From Dromaius novaehollandiae (taxonomy: Eukaryota): a stretch of DNA of 64,000 nucleotides. The notes under the pieces were generated by a model. That model worked only from the letters and a program-made list of their open reading frames with translations. It made no database searches and was not told the DNA's origin. The stretch is from the NCBI RefSeq assembly GCF_036370855.1, contig NC_088135.1, forward strand, positions 62,001-126,000, read 5' to 3'. A program made the translations under genes and the position numbers. Shown here piece by piece: positions 42,729 to 52,700 of the stretch (the first letter of the stretch is position 1; each line of letters begins with the position of its first letter).

Positions 42729-42779
42729 GCCGGGCTCGGGCTCGGCCGGCAGCAGCGGGGAGCGCTCGCCGTCCGCCAT
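36085..42779 (-). CDS. PIP4P1: PIP4P1 (TMEM55B, PtdIns-4,5-P2 4-phosphatase type I), complete CDS in 7 exons; convergent with APEX1
   Basis: [17 protein letters not shown](A10)PATPP | ...[32 protein letters not shown] | [35 protein letters not shown](C) | [35 protein letters not shown] | [17 protein letters not shown](V) | [30 protein letters not shown] | [47 protein letters not shown]. This is collinear with human TMEM55B, including the CxxC zinc-finger-like motifs and two C-terminal transmembrane helices. Confidence 0.85.
36888..36978 (-). CDS. PIP4P1: PIP4P1 exon 6: (V)[30 protein letters not shown] (transmembrane helix 1)
   Basis: Acceptor ccccccccag|G TCG, donor GCG|gtgagtg, 91 nt. Confidence 0.85.
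37471..37523 (-). CDS. PIP4P1: PIP4P1 exon 5: [17 protein letters not shown](V)
   Basis: Acceptor ccccgcag|TGG, donor AAA GT|gtgagtg, 53 nt. Confidence 0.85.
38190..38295 (-). CDS. PIP4P1: PIP4P1 exon 4: (C)[35 protein letters not shown]
   Basis: Acceptor tttcccag|T AAG, donor CTG|gtgagcc, 106 nt. Confidence 0.85.
40855..40961 (-). CDS. PIP4P1: PIP4P1 exon 3: [35 protein letters not shown](C)
   Basis: Acceptor ccccgcag|CCC, donor TAC TG|gtctga, 107 nt. Confidence 0.85.
41412..41526 (-). CDS. PIP4P1: PIP4P1 exon 2: (x)[38 protein letters not shown]
   Basis: Acceptor ccattgggcag|C CCC GAG, donor ACC|gtgagtg, 115 nt. Confidence 0.75.
41560..42660. repeat. GC-box (CCCCGCCCC, Sp1-type) rich ~40 bp satellite of about 30 copies in PIP4P1 intron 1
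   Basis: ggccccgccccctggcttaagccccgccccttggctaagccccaccccctctttagcc... Confidence 0.85.
42683..42779 (-). CDS. PIP4P1: PIP4P1 exon 1: [32 protein letters not shown](+1 nt)
   Basis: The ATG is the reverse complement of cat at 42777-42779. Donor ccccccccg|gtgagcg. The exon is 97 nt (phase 1), but exon 2 requires phase 2. This is a 1-nt discrepancy at a C8 run (G8 on the plus strand). Confidence 0.65.
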
Positions 42780-43755
42780 GGCCGCCCCTCGCCGGCCGCC
42801 GTAGCCCCGCCCCCTCCCCTCCCCTCGCCTCACGCGCGGCCGCCGCGTCACGCCGCGCCGCGCCGCCGTGGGCGCCGCCCTCCCGCCGCCGGCACCACGT
42901 GACGCCGCGTTGCCGAGCGACCGCCTCTCCCTCCCCCCCCCACCCCACCCCACCGCGGCCGCGCTCGCCTGACAACGCCCGCGCCGCGCTGATTGGCCCG
43001 GCGCCCCACGTGGGGCCGCGTTGCTAGGAGACCGCCCCCCCCTCCGCGCGCCGCCCTCGCCTGACACACCCCGCGCGGCCCTGATTGGCCCGGCGCCCCA
43101 CGTGGGGCCGCGTTGCTAGGTGACCACCCCCCCCACCCCCGCCTCGCTCCCCTGAGAACGCCCGCGCCGCCCTGATTGGTCCGTTCTTAACCCCCCCCCC
43201 CCAGCCCGCCCCACGTGGGGCCGCGTTGCTAGGTGACCACCCCCCCCACCCCCGCCGCGCTCCCCTGAGAACGCCCGCGCGGCCCTGATTGGTCCGTTCT
43301 TACCCTCCCCCGACACGCCCCACGTGGGGCCGCGTTGCTAGGTGACCACCCCCCTCCTTCCCGCCGCGCTCGCCTGACGCCGGCAGCGCCGCGCTGATTG
43401 GCCCGCCGCTCCCCCCCGCCGCCCCGCCCCACGTGGGGCCGCGTTGCTAGGCGACCGCCCGCCCTTCCCGCCGCCGTCGCCGCCTCAGCGCCGTCACGTG
43501 CGCCGCGCCGCCGCCTCCCATTGGCTGCCGCCTCCCGGAGGCGAGGGGGCGGGTCCCGCCCCGCCCTTCCCGCTCGCCGCCGCCCAATGGGAGCCGCCGC
43601 CGCCGCTCGCCGTCGCCCGGGGCGACGCGGCGGGCGGCGCCGCGGATTGGCCCGCCGCGCCGTGACGTCAGCGCCGGGGGCCGGGGAGGGGAGGGGGAGG
43701 GGGCGCGGTTTAGGCGCGCGGCGGCCGCCGGCGGGGCCAGAACTCGCGGGGAACC
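42780..43755. promoter_or_regulatory. Bidirectional CpG-island promoter of PIP4P1(-) and PNP(+), containing 5 tandem ~105 bp units, each with a CCAAT box and a CACGTG E-box
   Basis: The unit is ...GCGCTGATTGG(C/T)CCG...CCCCACGTGGGGCCGCGTTGCTAGG(T/A)GACC.... E-boxes are at about 43006, 43097, 43208, 43318 and 43426, and GATTGG at about 42992, 43084, 43185, 43296 and 43395. Further CCAAT boxes (43518, 43585, 43645) and a CRE GTGACGTCAG at 43659 precede the proposed PNP ATG. Confidence 0.6.
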
Positions 43756-43766
43756 ATGGAGGGAAG
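43756..43766 (+). CDS. PNP: Proposed PNP exon 1 coding part: M E G + AG. Kozak context gaaccATGG, donor AG|gtgcgg
   Basis: No in-frame ATG lies upstream of exon 2, which begins in phase 2. This 11-nt start supplies the AG for a Ser codon and makes the whole CDS a multiple of 3. Human PNP begins MENGYTYEDY; here it would begin MEGSYEAC. The implied intron 1 is about 4.4 kb. Confidence 0.35.
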
Positions 43767-46700
43767 GTGCGGGGTGCGCATGCGCGGGGGGGGGGGGAAG
43801 GGACGCCTGGGCCCCTTTTCCCCGGACGCCTGGGCCCCTTTTCCCCGGACGCCTGGGCCCTTTTCCCGGACGCCTGGGCCCCTTCTCCGGGACGCCTGGG
43901 CCCCTCTCCCGGGACGCCTGGGCCCTTCTCCGGGACGCCTGGGCCCCTTTCCCCGGGACGTCTGGGCCCTTTTCCCGGACGCCTGGGCCCCTTCCCCGGG
44001 ACGCCTGGGCCCTTCCCCGGGACGCCTGGGCCCCTCTCTCCCGGGACGCCTGGGCCCTTTTCCCGGACGCCTGGGCCCTTTTCCCGGACGCCTGGGCCCC
44101 TTCTCCGGGACGCCTGGGCCCCTTCTCCGGGACGCCTGGGCCCTTCTCCGGGACGCCTGGGCCCTTTCGGGGACGCCTGGGCCCCTCTCTCCCCGGACGC
44201 CTGGGCCCTTTTCCCGGACGCCTGGGCCCTTCCCGGACGCCTGGGCCCCTCTCCCGGACGCCTGGGCCCTTCCCGGGACTCCTGGGCCCTTTCCCTTCCG
44301 CTCGGCCACCCGTGACCTCACAGCCCCGCCGGGCCTTTCGGCCAATGGGGAAGCGGCGCCCCGCTCACACCCCCGGCCCGGCGGCCAATGGGAGGCCGGC
44401 GATGCCGGCGCGCCCTCCTCCCGCCCCGGGGCCCAGGCGTCCGGGCCCCGCCCACAGCGCTCGGGTGGGGCCGGGGTGGGGGAGGGGAAGGGAGGCCTGT
44501 TCCCGGACGCCTGGGCCCCTTTCCCCGGACGCCTGGGCCCTTTCCCCGGACGCCTGGGCCCCTTTCCCGGACGCCTGGGCCCGTTTCCCGGACGCCTGGG
44601 CCCGTTTCCCGGACGCCTGGGCCCATCCCGGACGCCTGGGCCCTTTGGTGGCCTGGCTCATCCTTGGCCCCGCCCCCCGGACGCCTGGGCCCCCCCCCGG
44701 GAGGGGCCCCGGGCGGGGGAGGGGCCGCCCCGACCCAAGTCCACTTGGCTCCGGGCCCCGGGGCGTCACGCGAGGGCCCAGGCGTCCGGGTGCCCCCCCC
44801 GGGGCGGGAGAGGGGGTTGGGTGCCCCGAGAGGGGCCCAGGCGTCCGGGGAAAGGGCCCAGGCGTCCGGGAAGGGGCCCAGGCGTCCGGGAAAGGGGCCC
44901 AGGTGTCCGGGAAAGGGCCCAGGCGTCCGGGGAAAGGGCCCAGGCGTCCGGGGAAAGGGCCCAAGCGTCCGGGAAAAGGGCCCAGGCGTCCGGGAAGGGG
45001 CCCAGGCGTCCGGGGAAAGGGCCCAGGCGTCCGAGTCCTGCCCCATGTTGGGGGTGGGGGAGGTGTTATGGGTCCTGGGTCCATCTATGGGTCTCACCAT
45101 GGGTCTTAGGTGCATCTATGGGTCTTGCCATGGGTCCTGGGTCCATCCATGGGTCCCGGCATGGGCCCTAGCTCCACTTATGGGTCCCGCCATGGGTCGT
45201 AGCTCCACTTATGGGTCCCGCTATGGGTCCTGGGTCCACTTATGGGTCCCGCCATGGGTCCTGGGTCCATCCATGGGTCCCACCATGGGCCTTAGCTCCA
45301 CTTATGGGTCCCGCCATGGGTCCTAGCTCCACTTATGGGTCCCGCTATGGGTCCTGGGTCTATCCATGGGTCCCGCCATGGGTCCTAGCTCCACTTATGG
45401 GTCCCGCCATGGGTCCTAGCTCCACTTATGGGTCCCACTATGGGTCCTGGGTCCATCTGTGGGTCCCGCCATGGGTCCTGGGTCCATCTATGGGTCCCGC
45501 TATGGGTCCTGGGTCCATCTATGGGTCGTGTTATGGGTCCTAGCTCCACTTATGGGTCCCGCCATGGGTCGTAGCTCCACTTATGGGTCCCGCTATGGGT
45601 CCTGGGTCCACTTATGGGTCCCGCCATGGGTCCTGGGTCCATCCATGGGTCCCACCATGGGCCTTAGCTCCACTTATGGGTCCCGCCATGGGTCCTAGCT
45701 CCACTTATGGGTCCCGCTATGGGTCCTGGGTCTATCCATGGGTCCCGCCATGGGTCCTAGCTCCACTTATGGGTCCCGCCATGGGTCCTAGCTCCACTTA
45801 TGGGTCCCACTATGGGTCCTGGGTCCATCTGTGGGTCCCGCCATGGGTCCTGGGTCCATCTATGGGTCCCGCTGTGGGTCCTGGGTCCACTTATGGGTCC
45901 CGCTATGGGTGCTAGCTCCACTTATGGGTCCCGCCATGGGTCCTGGGTCCATCTATGGGTCTCACCATGGGTCCTAGCTCCACTTATGGGTCCCGCCATG
46001 GGTCCTAGCTCCACTTATGGGTCCCGCCATGGGTCCTAGGTGCATCTATGGGTCCCACCATGGGTCCTAGCTCCACTTATGGGTCCCGCCATGGGTCCTG
46101 GGTCCATCCATGGCTCTTACTATGGGTCCTGGGTCCACTTATGGGTCCCACCATGGGTCCTGGGTCCATCTATGGGTCCCGCCATGGGTCCTAGCTCCAC
46201 TTATGGGTCCCGCCATGGGTCCTGGGTCCACTTATGGGTCCCGCCATGGGTCATAGGTTCATCTATGGGTCCCACCATGGGCCCTAGCTCCACTTATGGG
46301 TCACATTATGGGCCCTGGGTCCATCTATGGGTCCCACCATGGGTCCTGGGTCCACTTATGGGTCCCACTGTGGGTCCTAGCTCCACTTATGGGTCCCGCT
46401 GTGGGTCCTGGGTCCACTTATGGGTCCCACCATGGGTCCTGGGTCCATCCATGGGTCCCACCATGGGTCGTAGCTCCACTTATGGGTCCCGCCATGGGTC
46501 ATAGGTTCATCTATGGGTCCCACCATGGGTCCTGGGTCCATCCATGGGTCCCGCTATGGGTCCTGGGTCCATCTATGGGTCCCACCATGGGTCCTGGGTC
46601 CACTTATGGGTCCCGCCATGGGCCCTGGGTCCCTCTATGGGTCCCACCATGGGTCCTGGGTCCACTTATGGGTCCCGCCATGGGTCCTGGGTCCATCTAT

Positions 46701-49700
46701 GGGTCCCACCATGGGCCCTAGCTCCACTTATGGGTCCCGCCATGGGCCCTGGGTCCATCCATGGGTCCCGCCATGGGTCTTAGGTCCATCTACGGGTCCC
46801 ACCATGGGTCCTAGTTCCACTTATGGGTCCCACCATGGGTCCTGGGTCCACTTACGGGTCCCGCTATGGGTTCTAGCTCCACTTATGGGTCCCGCCATGG
46901 GTCCTGGGTCCATCCATGGGTCCCACCATGGGTCCTAGCTCCACTTATGGGTCCCGCCATGGGTCCTGGGTCCATCTGTGGGTCTCACCATGGGTCCTAG
47001 CTGCACTTATGGGTCGTGTTATGGGTCCTAGCTCCACTTATGGGTCCCGCCATGGGTCCTGGGTCCATCTATGGGTCCTGGGTCCATCCATGGGTCTTAC
47101 TATGGGTCCTGGGTCCACTTATGGGTCACACCATGGGTCCTGGGTCCACTTATGGGTCCCGCTATGGGTCCTGGGTCCACTTATGGGTCCCGCCATGGGT
47201 CCTGGGTCCATCCATGGGTCCCACCATGGGTCCTAGCTCCACTTATGGGTCCCACTATGGGTCCTAGCTCCACTTATGGGTCCCACTGTGGGTCCTAGCT
47301 CCACTTATGGGTCACGCTATGGGTCCTGGGTCCATCCATGGGTCCCGCCATGGGTCCTAGCTCCACTTATGGGTCCCGCCATGGGTCCTGGCTCCACTTA
47401 TGGGTCCCGCCATGGGTCCTAGCTCCACTTATGGGTCCCGCCATGGGCCCTAGCTCCACTTATGGGTCCCGCCATGGGTCGTAGCTCCACTTATGGGTCC
47501 CGCTATGGGTCCTGGGTCCACTTATGGGTCCCGCCATGGGTCCTGGGTCCATCCATGGGTCCCACCATGGGTCCTGGGTCCATCCATGGGTCCCGCCATG
47601 GGTCCTAGCTCCACTTATGGGTCCCGCCATGGGTCCTGGGTCCACTTATGGGTCCCGCCATGGGCCCTGGGTCCATCCATGGGTCCCACCATGGGTCCTG
47701 GCTCCACTTATGGGTCCTGCTATGGGTCCTGGGTCCATCTATGGGTCTCACCATGGGTCCTAGCTCCACTTATGGGTCCCGCTATGGGCCCTAGCTCCAC
47801 TTATGGGTCCCGCCATGGGTCATAGGTTCATCTACGGGTCCCACCATGGGTCCTGGGTCCACTTATGGGTCCTGCCATGGGTCCTGGGTCCATCTATGGG
47901 TCCCGCTATGGGTCCTAGCTCCACTTATGGGTCCCGCCATGGGCCCTAGGCCTCCCCACCCAACCCCACGCCCCCCCCACCGCCCCGTCCCACCACCGCC
48001 GCCGCCCCCCGCCGCCCCCCCGCCCCCCCTTCCCGCCCCCCCCACGGCCCCACGGCCCCCTAGACCCCATAACACGTCTCCGTGGGGCCGGGGGTCTCAC
48101 GGGGGGTCTTTTTTTGGGGGTCTTTTTTTTGGGGGGGGGCAGCTACGAGGCCTGCGCGGCGGCGGCGGCCTGGGTGGCCGAGCGGGCTGGGGGGCCGCCC
48201 CCCACTTTGGGCCTGGTCTGCGGCTCCGGCCTGGGGGCCTTGGCCGAGGGGCTGAGCCGGCCCCAGAGCTTCGACTACGCCGAGCTGCCCCACTTCCCCC
48301 GCAGCACCGGTGAGCGGGGACTGGGAGGGACTGGGAGGGGCTGGGAGGCTGCTGGGGGGCAACTGGGAGCGGCTGGGGGGTGATTGGGGGTGACTGGGAG
48401 GTGCTGGGGGGTGATTGGGAAAGACTGGGAGGTGCTGGGGGGCAACTGGGAGCGACTGGGAGGTGCTGGGGAGCGACTGGGAGGTGCTGGGGGGAGACTG
48501 GGAGCGACTGGGGGGTGATTGGGAGCAACTGGGAGGTGTTGGGGGGTGATTGGGGGTGACTGGGAGTGACTGGGGGGCAACTGGGAGTGACTGGGAGGTG
48601 CTGGGGGGCAACTGGGAGCGACTGGGGGGTGATTGGGAGTGACTGGGAGGTGCTGGGGGGCAACTGGGAGCAACTGGGGGGCGATTGGGAGCGACTGGGA
48701 GGTGCTAGGGGGTAATTGGGAGCGACTGGGAGGTGCTAGGGGGTAACTGGGAGCGACTGGAGGGTGATTGGGAGCAACTGGGAGTGACTGGGGGGTGATT
48801 GGGAGTGACTGGGAGGTGCTGGGGGGTGACTGGGAGCGACTGGGGGGTGATTGGGGGTGACTGGGAGTGACTGGGGGGCGATTGGGGGTGACTGGGAGGC
48901 GCTCGGGGGCGACTGGGAGGTGCTGGGAGGCTGCTGGGGGGCAACTGGGAGCGGCTGGGGGGTGATTGGGGGTGACTGGGAGGTGCTCGGGGGCGACTGG
49001 GAGTGACTGGGAGGTGCTTGGGGGCGACTGGGAGCGACTGGGGGGCCGTTGGGAGCAACTGGGAGGTGCTGGGGAGCGACTGGGAGGTGCTGGGGGGTAA
49101 CTGGGGCGACTGGGGGGTGATTGGGAGTGACTGGGGGGTGATTGGGAGTGACTGGGAGGTGCTGGGGGGCGACTGGGAGTGACTGGGAGGTGCTGGGGGG
49201 CAACTGGGAGCGACTGGGGGGCGATTGGGAGCGACTGGGAGGTGCTGGGGGGAGACTGGGAGCGACTGGGGGGTGATTGGGAGCAACTGGGAGCGACTGG
49301 GGGGTGATTGGGGGTGACTGGGAGGTGCTGGGGGGGGATTGGGAGCAACTGGGAGGTGCTGGGGGGCAACTGGGAGGTGCTGGGGGGCAATTGGGAGTGA
49401 CTGGGAGGTGCTCGGGGGCAACTGGGAGCAACTGGGAGGTGCTGGGGGGCAACTGGGAGGTGATTGGGAGCGACTGGGAGGTGCTGGGGGGCAACTGGGA
49501 GCAGCTGGGGGGTGATTGGGGGTGACTGGGAGTGACTGGGGGGCGACTGGGAGCGACTGGGAGGTGCTGGGGGGCAACTGGGAGCGACTGGGGGCTGATT
49601 GGGAGCAACTGGGAGGTGCTGGGGGGCGATTGGGAGCAACTGAGAGTGACTGGAGGGTGATTGGGAGCAACTGGGACGTGCTGGGGGGTGACTGGGAGTG

Positions 49701-52700
49701 ACTGGGGGGTGATTGGGAGTGACTGGGAGGTGCTCGGGGGCGACTGGGAGTGACTGGGGGGCATTTGGGAGCAACTGGGAGGTGCTGGGGAGCGACTGGG
49801 AGGTGCTGGGGGGTAACTGGGAGTGACTGGGAGGTGCTGGGGGGCAACTGGGAGTGACTGGGAGGTGCTGGGGGGCAACTGGGAGCAACTGGGGGGCGAT
49901 TGGGAGCAACTGGGAGGTGCTGGGGAGCGACTGGGAGGTGCTGGGGGGCAACTGGGAGCGACTGGGGGGTGATTGGGAGCAACTGGGAGGTGCTGGGGGG
50001 TGATTGGGGGTGACTGGGAGGTGCTGGGGGGTGATTGGGAGCGACTGGGAGGTGCTGGGGGGCGACTGGGAGCAACTGGGAGGTGCTGGGGGGTGATTGG
50101 GAGCAACTGGGAGGTGCTGGGGGGCGACTGGGAGCAACTGGGAGGTGCTGGGGGGTGATTGGGAGCAACTGGGAGGTGCTGGGGGGTGATTGGGAAAGAC
50201 TGGGAGGTGCTGGGGGTGATTGGGAGCAACTGGGAGTGACTGGGAGGTGCTGGGGAGCGATTGGGAGTGACTGGGAGGTCCTGGCGGGTGATTGGGAGCG
50301 ACTGGGAGTGACTGGAGGGGGATTGGTAGTGACTGGGAGGTGCTGGGGGGTAACTGGGAGCAACTGGTGGCAACCGGGAGGTCCTCGGGGGTCCTGGGGG
50401 GTAACTGGGAGGTCCAGGGGGGTAACTGGGTGGACTGAGGGGGCAACTGGGAGCAACTGGGTGCAACTGGGAGGCCCTGGGGGGCAACTGGGAGCAATTG
50501 GGAGGTCCTGGGGGGCCACTGGGAGGTCCTGGATGACAACTGGGGGCAACTGGGAGCAACTGGGGGGCAACTGGGAGCAACTGGGGGCCACTGGGAGGTC
50601 TTGGGGGGCAACTGGGGGCCTTAGGGGGCAACTGGGAGCAACTGGGTGGCCCTGGGGGGTCCTAGGGGCAACTGGGGAGCAACTGGGAGCAACTGGGTGG
50701 CCCTGGGGGGTCCTAGGGGCAACTGGGGGGCAACTGGGAGCAACTGGGTGGCCCTGGGGGGTCCTAGGGGCAACTGGGGGGCAACTGGGGAGCAACTGGG
50801 TGGCCCTGGGGGGTCCTAGGGGCAACTGGGGGGCAACTGGGAGCAACTGGGCGGCCCTGGGGGTCCTAGGGGCAACTGGGGGGCAACTGGGAGCAACTGG
50901 GAGGCCCTGGGGGGTCCTAGGGGCAACTGGGGGGCAATTGGGAGCAACTGGGCGGCCCTGGGGGGTCCTAGGGGCAACTGGGGGGCAACTGGGAGCAACT
51001 GGGTGGCCCTGGGGGCAACTGGGGGGCAACTGGGAGCAACTGGGCAGGCCTGGGGGGTCCTAGGGGCAACTGGGGGGCAACTGGGAGCAACTGGGCGGCC
51101 CTGGGGGTCCTAGGGGCAACTGGGGGGCAACTGGGAGCAACTGGGAGGCCCTGGGGGGTCCTAGGGGCAACTGGGGGGCAATTGGGAGCAACTGGGCGGC
51201 CCTGGGGGGTCCTAGGGGCAACTGGGGGGCAACTGGGAGCAACTGGGTGGCCCTGGGGGCAACTGGGGGGCAACTGGGAGCAACTGGGCAGCCCTGGGGG
51301 GTCCTAGGGGCAACTGGGGGGCAACTGGGAGCAACTGGGCGGCCCTGGGGGCAACTGGGGGGCAACTGGGAGCAACTGGGCGGCCCTGGGGGGGCCTAGG
51401 GGCAACTGGGGGGCAACTGGGAGGCAACTGGGAGCAACTGGGCGGCCCTGGGGGGTCCTAGGGGCAACTGGGGGGCAATTGGGAGCAACTGGGCGGCCCT
51501 GGGGGGTCCTGGGGGCAACTGGGAGCAACTGGGAGCAACTGGGCAGCCCTGGGGGGTCCTAGGGGCAACTGGGGGGAACTGGGGGGCAACTGGGAGCAAC
51601 TGGGGGGTCCTAGGGGCAACTGGGGGGCAACTGGGGGGCAACTGGGAGCACCTGGGAGGCCCTGGGGGGTCCTAGGGGCAACTGGGAGCAACTGGGTGGC
51701 CCTGGGGGGTCCTAGGGGCAACTGGGGGGCAACTGGGAGCAACTGGGCGGCCCTGGGGGGTCCTAGGGGCAACTGGGGGGCAACTGGGAGGCAACTGGGA
51801 GCAACTGGGGGGTCCTAGGGGCAACTGGGGGGCAACTGGGGGGCAACTGGGAGCAACTGGGTGGCCCTGGGGGGTTCTAGGGGCAACTGGGGGGCAACTG
51901 GGAGCAACTGGGCGGCCCTGGGGGGTCCTAGGGGCAACTGGGGGGCAACTGGGAGCAACTGGGAGGCCTCAGAGGGGAGCTGAAACATGGCGCTGGGTGC
52001 TGCTAGCACACGCGTGACCTTAGCGTGTGCTTAGCGTGTGCGGGGTGCTAGTGGCACAGAGGGGGAGCGGCCGCACACGCGTGGCCTTAGCGTGTGCTTA
52101 GCGTGTGCGGCGGCTCCTCCCGCGCTGGGGGGGGCCGCTGTGACATCAGCACACGCGTGTGCTTAGCGTGTGCGGGATGCTAGGGGCACAAAGCGGGGGG
52201 GGAGGCGGCACACGCGTGGGCTTAGCGTGTGCTTGGCGTGTGCGGCGGGCCCGGGACGGGCTGGGGGGGCGGCGGGGGGGCTGGGGGGGGGGGTGGGGGC
52301 GCACGCGTGACCTTGGCGTGTGCTTGGCGTGTGCAGTGCCGGGCCACGCGGGGCGGCTGGTGCTGGGCTGGTTGGGCGGCTGCCGCTGCGCCGTGCTGCA
52401 GGGCCGCTTCCACCTCTACGAGGGCTACAGCCCCGCCCAGGTGCGCCCGGACGCCGGGGCCCCTTTCTGGGACGCCTGGGCCCCTTCCTGGGATGCCTGG
52501 GCCCTTTTCCCGGACACCTGGGCCCCTTTCCCGGACGCCTGGGCCCTCTCCCGGACGCCTGGGCCCCTCTCCCGGACGCCTGGGCCCTCTCCCGGACGCC
52601 TGGGCCCCTCTCCCGGACGCCTGTTCCCCTCTCCCGGACGCCTGGGCCCCTCATCCCGGACGCCGGGGCCCCTTTCCCGGACACCTGGGCCCTTTCCCGG

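Noticed and set aside
43756-45171. 471-aa ORF starting at the proposed PNP ATG
   Set aside because: Only the first 11 nt are plausibly coding. The rest is minisatellite translation ([13 protein letters not shown]...).
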